Part shown: positions 39,646-49,265 of the stretch, in pieces
Layout of the letters: the number at the start of each line of letters is the position of its first letter
Numbering within the stretch: the stretch's first letter is position 1
Source of the DNA: a candidate division FCPU426 bacterium
Lineage (GTDB): Bacteria > Oederibacteriota > Muellerivitia > Muellerivitales > Muellerivitaceae
Assembly: GCA_963738405.1 (NCBI GenBank)
Contig: CAVTWJ010000018.1
Location: 64,001-128,000, forward strand
Reading direction: 5' to 3'
Length of the DNA stretch: 64,000 bases
The notes under the pieces: generated by a model
What the model saw: only the letters and a program-made list of their open reading frames with translations
The model's database searches: none
What the model was told of the DNA's origin: nothing
Made by a program: the position numbers and the translations under genes

Positions 39646-40320
39646 ATGATCGCTTGGCGCTATATACCTTCCCGTTTCGTTCCCGCTATGGGACAAATGG
39701 CCTACGATGAGGAGCTTTTTTCTCAGTTCAGGCCAAGTGATTTCCCAATTCTAAGGTTTTTTATTTTCCAAAAACCCACGCTTACCCTGGGGCGATTGGA
39801 AGCCAGACGATTGAACCTCCAAAACTTACCCTTTCCTCATGAAATCCGCCCTACCGGCGGCCGGGGGGTTCTCCACGGGTCGGGCGACCTTTGTTACACA
39901 CTCCTAGCCTCTAAGAAAGATCCGATTGTTGGAGGGGGACTCATAGAAAGCTATTGCCGTATCGGAAAAATATTGTCCCGGGGCCTTCAATCACTGGGGC
40001 GGGACGTCCAGATGACCGAGGAGAAACATTTAGGGATGGGTGATCCACATTGCTTTTCGGCTCCCAGCCAGGCGGAGCTGACCTTGAACGGAAAAAAAGT
40101 AGCGGGCGGTGCCCAGGCCCGGCGGGAAGGCGTTTTTCTTCAACAGGGGGTCATTCTTTTTAAAGTGGCGGATGAATGGAAAAAAGCATTTCCAGGATCA
40201 GGATTTGAAGCCATGACAGGATTGAACGAGGACCCGGTTCAACCTTCGATAACCCCCAACGACTTGGAACAAACGTTACTTTACTCTTTTGAGGAAGAAA
40301 AAATCCGGTTTCATGAATGA
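39646..40320 (+). CDS. Lipoate-protein ligase / octanoyltransferase family (LplA/LipM-like)
   Basis: MAYDE, RPTGGRGVLH, CF, KKVAGGAQ, LQQG; start re-placed at MIAWR. Confidence 0.85.
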   Translation: MIAWRYIPSRFVPAMGQMAYDEELFSQFRPSDFPILRFFIFQKPTLTLGRLEARRLNLQNLPFPHEIRPTGGRGVLHGSGDLCYTLLASKKDPIVGGGLIESYCRIGKILSRGLQSLGRDVQMTEEKHLGMGDPHCFSAPSQAELTLNGKKVAGGAQARREGVFLQQGVILFKVADEWKKAFPGSGFEAMTGLNEDPVQPSITPNDLEQTLLYSFEEEKIRFHE

Positions 40321-40422
40321 AAAGAACCGTAACCTCAAGGACAAGGCGTCCATTTTCCAGATGCCTTCTCTGCCGCCAAGTGCGAAACTAAATCTGTTGT
40401 TAAGGGCAGGGCGGGAGAAATC

Positions 40423-41712
40423 ATGAAGAAATTCGATGCCATGGTGATCGGCGGCGGGCCCGGTGGCTATATGGCGGCCCTGCGCTTGGCGCGCCAAGGC
40501 AAAACCGTGGCCCTATTTGAGAAAAAGAAAATTGGAGGTTCCTGCCTCCATGTGGGTTGCATCCCCACCAAACTTCTTCAATCCGCCGCGACTCGCTTCC
40601 ACACCTTTTCCAAAGAAGGAAAGTCTTGGGGTATCGAAGCCGAAAATATAAAAATGAATTTTCAAACTTTGACTGAGCGAACCCGAAAAACAATCGACAT
40701 CCTTGAAAAAGGAATTCAATTCCAATTGGTGGCCGCAAAGGTTGAAGTGATCCAGGGAGAAGCGAGCGTTAAGGGTCCCGACCTGGTTCTATGCGGAGGG
40801 GAAGAATACAAGGGCGGTCTTCTCGTCCTCGCCCTGGGTTCCAGGCCCCGCCGCCTTTCCGATTTTCCCATCGGTGAAACCATCGTGACCAGCGATGAGC
40901 TGTTGGTTCAGCCACGCCTTCCCAAATCCCTTCTTATCGTCGGCGCGGGGGTTATCGGCCTGGAATTCGCCTGCCTCTACGCCCAATTGGGAACCAAAGT
41001 GCGGGTGGGGGATGTGCTGCCAAATATCCTTCCGACGATGGATGAGGATGCCGCCCAGCAATTATTGAATTCCATAAGGCGGCTTGGAGTGGAAATCGAA
41101 TTAGGTTTAGCCCGGGTCCAGGCGAAAGATGAGGAACTGATTTTGGTGGCGGCTGGTAGGGTGCCCAATTCGGACCAAGCCGATCTCCCTGCCCTTGGGT
41201 TGGAGCTCCAAGGTTCCAAAATCAGAACCAACGGGCACCTGCAAACATCCCTTCCTGGGGTTTACGCTATCGGGGATTTAACGGGAAACTACCCTTACGC
41301 CCATTCGGCCTACGAACATGCCCGGCTAGTGGCCCGGCACCAAGAACCGGGCGGAGATTCGGAGGTTTTGGACGATAACCGAATTCCCCACGTGGTTTTT
41401 ACCTCTCCGGAAATCGCCTCGGTTGGTTTGACGGAAAAGGAAGCCAGGGCAAAATATCCCAATGTGACAGTTCATAAAAACAACTTTGCCGCCAACAGTA
41501 AGGCCCGCATCTTGGGGGACATTCAAGGTTGGGGCAAGATCCTATCGGATGGGATTTCGGGAAGGATTTTAGGCGTTCAACTCGTGGGCCCCGAGGCGAC
41601 GGACCTGATTGGCGAGGCGTGTTTAATCATTTCCAAGGGGGTCACTTTAGGGGAGCTGGAAAGGGTTGTTCATCCTCACCCAACCCTTAACGAGATATTC
41701 GGCCTCCACTAA
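40423..41712 (+). CDS. lpdA: Dihydrolipoamide dehydrogenase (GCS L-protein / E3)
   Basis: IGGGPGGY, GGSCLHVGCIP, GAGVIGLE, YAIGD, HPHPTLNE. Confidence 0.9.
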   Translation: MKKFDAMVIGGGPGGYMAALRLARQGKTVALFEKKKIGGSCLHVGCIPTKLLQSAATRFHTFSKEGKSWGIEAENIKMNFQTLTERTRKTIDILEKGIQFQLVAAKVEVIQGEASVKGPDLVLCGGEEYKGGLLVLALGSRPRRLSDFPIGETIVTSDELLVQPRLPKSLLIVGAGVIGLEFACLYAQLGTKVRVGDVLPNILPTMDEDAAQQLLNSIRRLGVEIELGLARVQAKDEELILVAAGRVPNSDQADLPALGLELQGSKIRTNGHLQTSLPGVYAIGDLTGNYPYAHSAYEHARLVARHQEPGGDSEVLDDNRIPHVVFTSPEIASVGLTEKEARAKYPNVTVHKNNFAANSKARILGDIQGWGKILSDGISGRILGVQLVGPEATDLIGEACLIISKGVTLGELERVVHPHPTLNEIFGLH

Positions 41713-41839
41713 ATATAAAAAACCTCAAAATTCCTAGAATTATGATCCAAATGAGGGCTTTAGATTTTTGGTTTTCAACCGTTAGGAATTACATCAACAT
41801 CCGGTAGGGTTATTCGAAATCAGGCGATGAGGTCCAATT

Positions 41840-42193
41840 TTGAAAAAAATGACTTTTTTTCTCTTCCTTTTCCTGGGCACGGCCGCTTTCGCCAACCCAC
41901 CTTTAAAGGTGATTTCCAGCACAACCACCACGACCCATTTTCTCATGAAATGGCCCTACCACACAGTGACCACTTATAACGCTACCCAAACAAAGCCTTA
42001 TTATTCGACGGGCCGAATCCTTTATCTGGTGACCCATCAGGATGTTTCAAAATATCGATATTATTACCCTCAAAATACCTGCCAAAACGAATGGGGTTAT
42101 TTCTTCCCGCCTGGAACCAAACTTTGCAGTCACCGTCCCGCCCGAGCCTTTGGCGAACCAGATTCTTACGTTGTTGAGATTTACTCCAAGTAA
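41840..42193 (+). CDS. Exported hypothetical protein
   Basis: Signal peptide ending AFA; GAGG upstream; two Cys. Confidence 0.55.
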   Translation: MKKMTFFLFLFLGTAAFANPPLKVISSTTTTTHFLMKWPYHTVTTYNATQTKPYYSTGRILYLVTHQDVSKYRYYYPQNTCQNEWGYFFPPGTKLCSHRPARAFGEPDSYVVEIYSK

Positions 42194-42370
42194 GTTTCCC
42201 CCTTGCGGCCCCAAAGCTGACGGGTTGGCTTTACCAACCTTTGTAACAGGTTTCCATCCCCTATGTAACATCTGGTTAACAAACCTTTCCGACAATAATA
42301 CACAACCACACCGACCCAACGCCCTTCAACGCCTACTTAACACTTTATCCTGTAGGGCCTTGGAGGACGT

Positions 42371-42559
42371 ATGTTGAAGCTAGACCAATTCTCGGAATGC
42401 GTCTTGTTCCAATGCGACCGGTGTCGGCATGTGGGAGAACTTTTCACCGACATCGTCGAGGAGGACGGCAGTTACCACTGTTGGAGCTGCCTGAACGAGA
42501 TGAAAAGGTCGGGGAAAAAAACCAGCGAAGAAAAGGAAACACATGTTATTAACGGATAA
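42371..42559 (+). CDS. Small zinc-finger-like protein 1
   Basis: CDRC...HCWSC; RBS GGAGG. Confidence 0.7.
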   Translation: MLKLDQFSECVLFQCDRCRHVGELFTDIVEEDGSYHCWSCLNEMKRSGKKTSEEKETHVING

Positions 42560-42725
42560 AAGCCCCAAAGGCGAACCGTTGTTTGAGTGCGAGGAATGCC
42601 GTGCCGTCGGCGAAATAGGAAATATTTTTATTGATGAGAAGGGATCGCATCACTGTCTCTCATGCTGGTGCGAGCGCAACTTGAGCAGGGCCAAGCAGCG
42701 CCGTTTGATCGTCGTTGAGCGTTAA
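42543..42725 (+). CDS. Small zinc-finger-like protein 2 (paralog of the preceding gene)
   Basis: CEEC...HCLSC; AAGGA upstream; overlaps previous ORF. Confidence 0.7.
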   Translation: MLLTDKSPKGEPLFECEECRAVGEIGNIFIDEKGSHHCLSCWCERNLSRAKQRRLIVVER

Positions 42726-42833
42726 GTTTTTCCCGCCGGGCCGGGGATCCCCCGGCCGTTAGAGATGTTCCGTCCGTAAATCAAAATGGCCTAATCTATT
42801 CAATGATTTTTTTGCCTTCTAAGTCAGGGTTCA

Positions 42834-42986
42834 TCATCCCATGCCCGCAAATTTTTGGTCTGGGCACTTGCGCTGGGAATATTCTTTGTCCCAGGAATTA
42901 ATAAAGATTATAGGGCGGTCACGGGGGTCTCTCGTTTTCAAAACCTGCATCAGCGTGTCGAAGGTTTCCGGGTCCCCCACGAGCTA
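42834..42986 (-). pseudogene. Diverged orphan copy of the last ~50 codons of prfC
   Basis: Translates *LVGDPETFDTLMQVLKTRDPRDRPIIFINSWDKEYSQRKCPDQKFAGMG* versus prfC WLVGDPETFDPPVQVLKTRDRHDRPVILFKTSWEKEYTQRKCPDHKLVDMG*. Confidence 0.9.
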
Positions 42987-43137
42987 AACAATGTCGTCTG
43001 ATTGCCGTGGAGCATTACGCCTTTTCCATCGGGCCAGGATTCCCGCATCCGTTAAAGAAAGTCTTTAAGCAGTGTTTTTACCCATATAAAAATTATTAAA
43101 ATTTCCTTTAATAACCTTGAAGGGCCAGTTTTGCCGC

Positions 43138-45174
43138 CTAAACAAAACTTTTCTTTGACTCTTCATCTCGTTTTTGAAATTGAAGGCATAATCCCAGGTT
43201 GTAGTAAAGTTGGGCGGCCGGTATTCCCAAATGGATTGCGTTCTTAAATGCTTGAGTTGCTTGCACGAAATGACCGTCCAAAACCTTGAAAAACGCGAGT
43301 TTTTCCCAGTAGACCGCGGTTAAAAAGCGGTCGGCGGGAAAGGAATCGGGTAGGGTTGGCCGGGACTCCAAAAAACTAGCCCATCGTTCATTCTGCCTTT
43401 TATTCATAACCTCAAACTGGGCATCACCGTAAACCCGGTCGGCGCTTTTCCAAGCTTCAAGCATAGGCGGGGGAATTTGGGCTGTTGGAATTAAAAATAC
43501 CGCAAAAGGTTTGGGGTCCTCTGGACGACGTTTGTCTGTATCAAGGATTTTCCACCTCACGCCGGGAAATCTTTTCTCGAAATAAGGCGCGTAATGAGCG
43601 TTGGTGATCAATGCAGTCCAAGAAGGGTTTGGATTCCTTAGGGATGGGTTGTGGATCGCGTCAAAGGGGTAACATGCGACATCTAATGTTCTATTTACAT
43701 AGTCCGTGTTGAACTCGGTGAAAAGGTTGAGGGAACCTTCCGGTTTGCTGAACGCCTTTAAAATTCGATAAGCGTCGTAATATTGAAAATTTCGCCATTG
43801 CTGGTTCAAATTTCCGCATAGCCGGATATCGTCATATAAATTGAAGAAATGATAAAAATTGAGGAGAGTGGGTGTCAGCAATAGACCGAGGAAAGCCCAT
43901 TTCCTTAAAGGAAAAGATATATTTGTAAAAAGGTCACGGAGACCGAATGAAGCAAAAAGCATAAAAAAAATGAACACAGGCGTGGCTCTCTGCAATTCCA
44001 ATCCGTTGGAAAGGATGCCGGGAAAAAGGGAAAGAAAGGTTCCGGAAACCAAAAGAAAAAAAACCTTTCGGTCTAAACACCGTGCCGAGTATAAAATTCC
44101 ATTTAAAACAAGGGTTCCGGTCACTGCGTCAAAATACCCGCCCCAAATGGGGCCAAGGGGATAACTGTCCTTTCCGTTCAAAAAAAATCCACGAAGATAC
44201 GAGAAAAAAGAAGAAAAAAATGATGAACTAATAACATTTTCTTGAAGGTGCTGGGTCGCTCCGGGTGCAAAACGAGCGAGGACTAAGGGCAAGGAAAGCG
44301 CCAACGAAAGAACAATAAATAGAAAACCTTGGGATCTTTTAATTCGATCGGGATAAGAAAAGATGACCATCGCAAAGAATAACCAGGCGACGATCCAATT
44401 GGTGTAACTATAAAATCCAAAGCCGCACCAAATTCCCAAAACCACTGTCCAAAACCAAGAATTGGAATTTCTTTGGGTTTTCATGAGGATTCCCAAAAGA
44501 ATGAAGGCGATGAGTTGAAAAAGCGGGATTAAGTCATTGGGAGTGCACTGACGGGAGAAGCCGATCTCCCAAAAGGATAGGGTAACAAACCAGCAAAAGA
44601 CAAAAGCGAGAAAAGGCTCAAAAACTCGTTTTGCGGCGGCATAGGCCGAACCGCCGATGGCGATTGATATAAGGACGGTAAAAAACCTTTGCGTCAGCAG
44701 TGAAACTCCGACCCATCGATAGAACAAAGCTAACAACCATAGCAGCAGGGGTTCCATCTGACCTTGGGCCCAAAGAAGAGTAGTGCTCCACTTTTTCATG
44801 AGGCCGATCGCCAAAAAAGAAAAAATACCTTCGTCAGTTAGGGGCCAAAAAGGGATGCTGGACAATCGGTAAAACCTTGAGAAAACAAAAAAAACAAAGA
44901 AGAGAATCCAAAAGAAAGGGAATAAATGGATTGTCTTTTCAAAAGTTGTTTCCGGCACATCTTTCAATTTTCTCGTACGGATTCCAAAAAAAATGCCCAA
45001 TAGGAAAGGAAGAAAAAGACCCATCCATCCAATCCATAGAATGGCTTGTGGAGGAAGTGAAAAATAAGATAGAAGAACGTTGGAAGCTAGAAACAAGCAG
45101 AAGTAGGGCCAGGGATTAAAGTGTGGATGTTTTTTAAGGAGAACTAAAATATTCTGAAAATCTTTCATAGGCAT
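43138..45174 (-). CDS. Polytopic GT-C-like membrane protein with C-terminal TPR
   Basis: RFYRL..WPLTDEG loop, many TM helices, YPFDA..N, DRFL..YWEK shared with 23025-25127. Confidence 0.7.
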   Translation of the reverse strand: MPMKDFQNILVLLKKHPHFNPWPYFCLFLASNVLLSYFSLPPQAILWIGWMGLFLPFLLGIFFGIRTRKLKDVPETTFEKTIHLFPFFWILFFVFFVFSRFYRLSSIPFWPLTDEGIFSFLAIGLMKKWSTTLLWAQGQMEPLLLWLLALFYRWVGVSLLTQRFFTVLISIAIGGSAYAAAKRVFEPFLAFVFCWFVTLSFWEIGFSRQCTPNDLIPLFQLIAFILLGILMKTQRNSNSWFWTVVLGIWCGFGFYSYTNWIVAWLFFAMVIFSYPDRIKRSQGFLFIVLSLALSLPLVLARFAPGATQHLQENVISSSFFSSFFSYLRGFFLNGKDSYPLGPIWGGYFDAVTGTLVLNGILYSARCLDRKVFFLLVSGTFLSLFPGILSNGLELQRATPVFIFFMLFASFGLRDLFTNISFPLRKWAFLGLLLTPTLLNFYHFFNLYDDIRLCGNLNQQWRNFQYYDAYRILKAFSKPEGSLNLFTEFNTDYVNRTLDVACYPFDAIHNPSLRNPNPSWTALITNAHYAPYFEKRFPGVRWKILDTDKRRPEDPKPFAVFLIPTAQIPPPMLEAWKSADRVYGDAQFEVMNKRQNERWASFLESRPTLPDSFPADRFLTAVYWEKLAFFKVLDGHFVQATQAFKNAIHLGIPAAQLYYNLGLCLQFQKRDEESKKSFV

Positions 45175-45216
45175 GCGTGGATTTTAACATAGGTTTTTAA
45201 GACCTTTTGGAAAGTT

Positions 45217-46818
45217 TCAACCCATGTCCACTAATTTGTGATCGGGGCATTTGCGCTGGGTGTATTCCTTTTCCCAGGAAGTCTTAAAAAGAATCACGGG
45301 ACGGTCGTGTCGGTCGCGCGTTTTCAAAACCTGCACTGGCGGGTCGAAAGTCTCTGGATCTCCCACGAGCCAGGCGCTGGATTGGTAAGGAAGAAGTTCT
45401 AAATGGCTTTCAGCGCTGTACTCGTTTTTAAGGCGATACTGCAATACGTCAAACTGCAAGCGCCCCACGGCGGCAACGTAAATATCTAGATCATTCCAAC
45501 TTTTTAACAATTGGACCGTTCCTTCTTCGGTCATCTGCTGCAAACCCTTATCAAAAGATTTGCGCTTGGAAACGTCCTTCGGCCTCACTTGGGCGAAGAT
45601 TTCGGGTTGGAACTGAGGCAGGGGCTTGAAGTCGAACCCGCCTTCCAGCGAAAGGGTGTCGCCGATGGAAAAAACGCCGGGATTGATCACGCCCACGATG
45701 TCGCCCGGATAGGCCACGTCTAGGATGTTACGGTCTGAGGCCAGCATGGAGTGGGGGCGGGAAAGGCGCAGTTCCTTGTTTAAACGGTGGTGCTTGACCA
45801 CCAGGTCCCTTTCGAACCGGCCTGAGCAGACCCGCATAAAAGCGGTGCTGTCACGGTGTTTGGGGTTCATGTTGGCTTGAAGCTTAAAGACATAAGCTGA
45901 AAAGGGTGTCTCCACCGGGTCCACCAGGATCTCCTCACCCGAGGGGGTGTCGGCAATGCGTGCCCCGGGGGGAGGGGCCATTTCCACAAAGGCGTCGAAA
46001 AAAGGTTCCACCCCGAAATTGGTCAGGGCGGAGGCGAAGAAAACCGGAGTGACTTCGCCGTTTAAGAATTTACCCGGTTCAAAGGGGTTCCCCGCCACTT
46101 CGAGCAATTCCAGGTCATGCCTCAGCTTTTCCAGAAGTTCAGGATTTAGGCGGGATTCGGTCGCCGGGTCTTTCAGGGAAAGGCGTTCCACCGAGGCCTT
46201 GGCCGCTCCCCCTACTGAAACCTTTGCGAACATCAACAGTTCCTGGGTGCGCCGGTCCATGACGCCCGAAAAATCCCTGCCGCTTCCCACGGGCCAATTG
46301 ATGGCGGAAGAGCCGATCTTTAAGACTTGTTCCACTTCCTGCATCAGGTCCAGAGGATCGCGCCCTGGCAGATCCATTTTGTTGATAAAGGTCATGACAG
46401 GGATGCCCCGCAAGTGGCAAACATCGAAAAGCTTGCGGGTCTGGGTTTCCACGCCCTTGGCGGCATCGATCACCATGATGGCGCAATCGGCGGCGGTGAG
46501 GGTACGGTAAGTATCTTCCGAGAAATCTTGATGGCCAGGGGTATCCAACACGTTGATGATGGCGTTCTTGTAGGGAAACTGCATGGCCGAGGCGGTGATA
46601 GAAATACCGCGCTCCTGCTCCATGCCCATCCAGTCGGACACGGCGACTTTTCCGCCCTTGCGGCCCCGCACCATGCCCGCAGTTTGGATCATGCCCGAAT
46701 ACAAGAGCAGCTTTTCGGTCAATGTGGTTTTGCCGGCGTCCGGGTGGCTGATAATGGCGAAAGTCCGCCGTTTGGCGATGGCGTTTTTGATTTCAACGGT
46801 TAAGGCGGGGTCGGTCAT
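45217..46818 (-). CDS. prfC: Peptide chain release factor 3
   Basis: RRTFAIISHPDAGKTTLTEKLLL, DTPGHQDFSEDTYR, NKMD, QANMNPKHRD. Confidence 0.97.
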   Translation of the reverse strand: MTDPALTVEIKNAIAKRRTFAIISHPDAGKTTLTEKLLLYSGMIQTAGMVRGRKGGKVAVSDWMGMEQERGISITASAMQFPYKNAIINVLDTPGHQDFSEDTYRTLTAADCAIMVIDAAKGVETQTRKLFDVCHLRGIPVMTFINKMDLPGRDPLDLMQEVEQVLKIGSSAINWPVGSGRDFSGVMDRRTQELLMFAKVSVGGAAKASVERLSLKDPATESRLNPELLEKLRHDLELLEVAGNPFEPGKFLNGEVTPVFFASALTNFGVEPFFDAFVEMAPPPGARIADTPSGEEILVDPVETPFSAYVFKLQANMNPKHRDSTAFMRVCSGRFERDLVVKHHRLNKELRLSRPHSMLASDRNILDVAYPGDIVGVINPGVFSIGDTLSLEGGFDFKPLPQFQPEIFAQVRPKDVSKRKSFDKGLQQMTEEGTVQLLKSWNDLDIYVAAVGRLQFDVLQYRLKNEYSAESHLELLPYQSSAWLVGDPETFDPPVQVLKTRDRHDRPVILFKTSWEKEYTQRKCPDHKLVDMG

Positions 46819-46904
46819 AGGCCGGGTATCCTACCACAAACCCTTTCCCGCTCAAGGCGATTGGTTCTTGATGGGTTTAAGGTGAGCCGATAAACTAAAC
46901 CCTC

Positions 46905-47570
46905 ATGAAATTTCTCAAGAAAATCATCCGCGAAATCCGGTTTTTTATCCGCCGGACCTGGTTTTTAACCGCTCTGTTGGGATTGGCCTTTCTGGTTTAT
47001 GTTTTCAACGGCGACAAGAACGAGGTAATCCTTTGGATCACCCTTTCTTACATTTCATCCTTCGTTTTCTACACATTGACCATCTACCTTCCCGACCGGG
47101 TCAGCCGAAAGAATATCCACCGGGTGATCACGCCCTATTTGCAGACGGTTATTAACGACACGAAGGGGATTTTTTACAGCTTTCTGGCGGCTTCCAACCA
47201 CCCCTGCGACGTGGATCATTTGAAAGAAGAAGATTTCCACCAAATTTTCACCAAGATCAATCCCATGGACCGTTCCACCCGCCTGGACTACCTGGGTTTC
47301 GGCAATTGGTTTGAGTATCTGGAGCATCAGAAGGGCCGGATCCGACGGACCATGGATAAGATCCTTACCTACGAGCATTACCTGGACACTGATTTCATCC
47401 TCATTCTTGAGAAAATCAACAACTCCACCTTTTTTGAGATATTGGATTTCATTGAGCACAAGCCTATGCCCTACAAGGACTTCGCTTTTTTGGCCGATTC
47501 CTACCGCCACTGCTATAACCAGGTGGAAAAGTTGGAAGTGTTTTTAATGAAATACCTAGCGGACGCTTAA
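46905..47570 (+). CDS. Membrane-anchored hypothetical protein
   Basis: Two N-terminal TM helices and a helical C-terminal domain; host-like codon usage. Confidence 0.65.
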   Translation: MKFLKKIIREIRFFIRRTWFLTALLGLAFLVYVFNGDKNEVILWITLSYISSFVFYTLTIYLPDRVSRKNIHRVITPYLQTVINDTKGIFYSFLAASNHPCDVDHLKEEDFHQIFTKINPMDRSTRLDYLGFGNWFEYLEHQKGRIRRTMDKILTYEHYLDTDFILILEKINNSTFFEILDFIEHKPMPYKDFAFLADSYRHCYNQVEKLEVFLMKYLADA

Positions 47571-47595
47571 ATTTGCTACTAAGAGAGGATTTCCT

Positions 47596-48693
47596 ATGCG
47601 CGACACCTTTTGCCTGGCCTGGGACCAAGCCCATGGCGCCAAACTGGTCGATTTTCACGGCTGGAACATGCCGGTTTCCTACGCCAAGGGAATCCTTCAC
47701 GAGCATGAAGCCACCCGCACTTCCTGCGGCCTTTTCAACATTACCCACATGGGACGGCTGAGAATCGAGGGACCCCAGGCCTACAAATTCTCGAACTATG
47801 CCTTTAGCAACGACCTCACCCTTTGCCCTATCGGCAGCGCCCTTTATGGTTTTCTCCTCAATTCCAAAGGGGGAATCATCGATGACGTGATTATTTACAA
47901 GGAATCCAACGATAAGTTCCTTTGGATTATCAATGCGGGGGGGCGGGAAATAGATGTCGAGCATTTGCGTAAACTTTCGGCGGGAAAAGACCTTAAGATC
48001 GACCTTCTTTCAGACCAGACTGGGTTTATCGCCTTGCAGGGCCCCAAGGCCCATGAGGTTTTGGGACGCTTGGTTCAAAATGCGGACCTGACCAAGATTC
48101 CCTACTTTGGGTTTGGAAGGGGAACGATCCAGGGAAGACCTGTTTTCATCATGGCGACAGGTTATACGGGGGAAGACGGTTATGAATTGATGGTGGATGT
48201 CCAAGATGCGCCCATGATTTGGGATCTATTGGCTTCCCAAACGGAAGTTACCCCCTGCGGACTGGGTGCCCGGGATTCTCTGAGGCTGGAAGCGGGCCTG
48301 CCCCTGCACGGAAACGACATCGATGAGACCACTCAGCCCTATGAAGCGGGGTTGGGTTGGGCAGTCAAAATGGAAAAAGAAGGCGGTTTTTTCGGGCGCG
48401 AATCCTTGAATAGAACTCCGGGCCGCAAACTGATCGGATTAACCCTTGAAGGCCAAAATATTCCCCGTTCCCACTATAAGGTTGTTTCGGAAGGCCAAGA
48501 AGCCGGGGAAGTGACCAGCGGAGTCTTTTCACCGACCCTCAAAAAAGGCATCGCTTTGGCTTATGTGAAAAAAGAATTTTTGGAAAAACCCCTGGCGGTT
48601 GATATTCGTGGGAAAGCTGTTCTAGCTATGGTCGCCAAGCTTCCATGGGTGAGGCATATCACGAAATCAAAAGCACAACCCCTCAAAGCCTGA
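47596..48693 (+). CDS. gcvT: Glycine cleavage T-protein (aminomethyltransferase)
   Basis: GWNMPV, HMG, GGIIDD, TGYTGEDG, GLGARDSLRLEAG. Confidence 0.95.
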   Translation: MRDTFCLAWDQAHGAKLVDFHGWNMPVSYAKGILHEHEATRTSCGLFNITHMGRLRIEGPQAYKFSNYAFSNDLTLCPIGSALYGFLLNSKGGIIDDVIIYKESNDKFLWIINAGGREIDVEHLRKLSAGKDLKIDLLSDQTGFIALQGPKAHEVLGRLVQNADLTKIPYFGFGRGTIQGRPVFIMATGYTGEDGYELMVDVQDAPMIWDLLASQTEVTPCGLGARDSLRLEAGLPLHGNDIDETTQPYEAGLGWAVKMEKEGGFFGRESLNRTPGRKLIGLTLEGQNIPRSHYKVVSEGQEAGEVTSGVFSPTLKKGIALAYVKKEFLEKPLAVDIRGKAVLAMVAKLPWVRHITKSKAQPLKA

Positions 48694-48697
48694 ACCC

Positions 48698-49261
48698 ATG
48701 TCTAATTCTGTGGGAATTCCGACGGATTATGATCCCTCAAAAGACCCTATCGAAATCGTTGAATATGACTCCACATGGCCCGAAAAGTTTGCTCTGGAAA
48801 AAAGGGCCATTATCCATACTTTGGGTTTTATACCCGGCTTGAAGGTTGAGCATTTTGGAAGCACATCGGTGCCCGGTCTGGCGGCTAAGCCTATTCTTGA
48901 CATCATAGTGGGAGTTTCTCACAAAAAAGATTGGCCCAAACTAATAAAGCCTCTCGAGATGGCAGGTTATGTTTATTGGGAAGAGAACCCCAAAACGGAC
49001 GAGATGTTTTTCGTTAAGGGAATGCCTCCCTTTGGAAAAAAACGAACCCATCATGTTCATATCTATGAGCTTTACGAGGAACGCTGGAACAGGGAACTGT
49101 CTTTCCGGGATTATCTAATCGCTCATCCGAATGAAGCCAAGAACTATGAATCGATCAAAAAGAATTTAGCTACGCGATTTCAATATGACCGTGAGGCCTA
49201 TACGAAATGGAAGAAGCCTTATATTGAGACGGTTATGACAAACATAAATAAAGGGATTTAA
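48698..49261 (+). CDS. GrpB/UPF0157 nucleotidyltransferase-fold protein
   Basis: EHFGSTSVPGLAAKPILD, HVH, FRDYL, YT..K. Confidence 0.9.
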   Translation: MSNSVGIPTDYDPSKDPIEIVEYDSTWPEKFALEKRAIIHTLGFIPGLKVEHFGSTSVPGLAAKPILDIIVGVSHKKDWPKLIKPLEMAGYVYWEENPKTDEMFFVKGMPPFGKKRTHHVHIYELYEERWNRELSFRDYLIAHPNEAKNYESIKKNLATRFQYDREAYTKWKKPYIETVMTNINKGI

Positions 49262-49265
49262 GCCC

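Noticed and set aside
42834..45372. prfC duplicate as a DGR template/variable repeat pair (with the four-helix protein as Avd)
   Set aside because: Mismatches are not adenine-specific and are largely synonymous; no reverse transcriptase in the window
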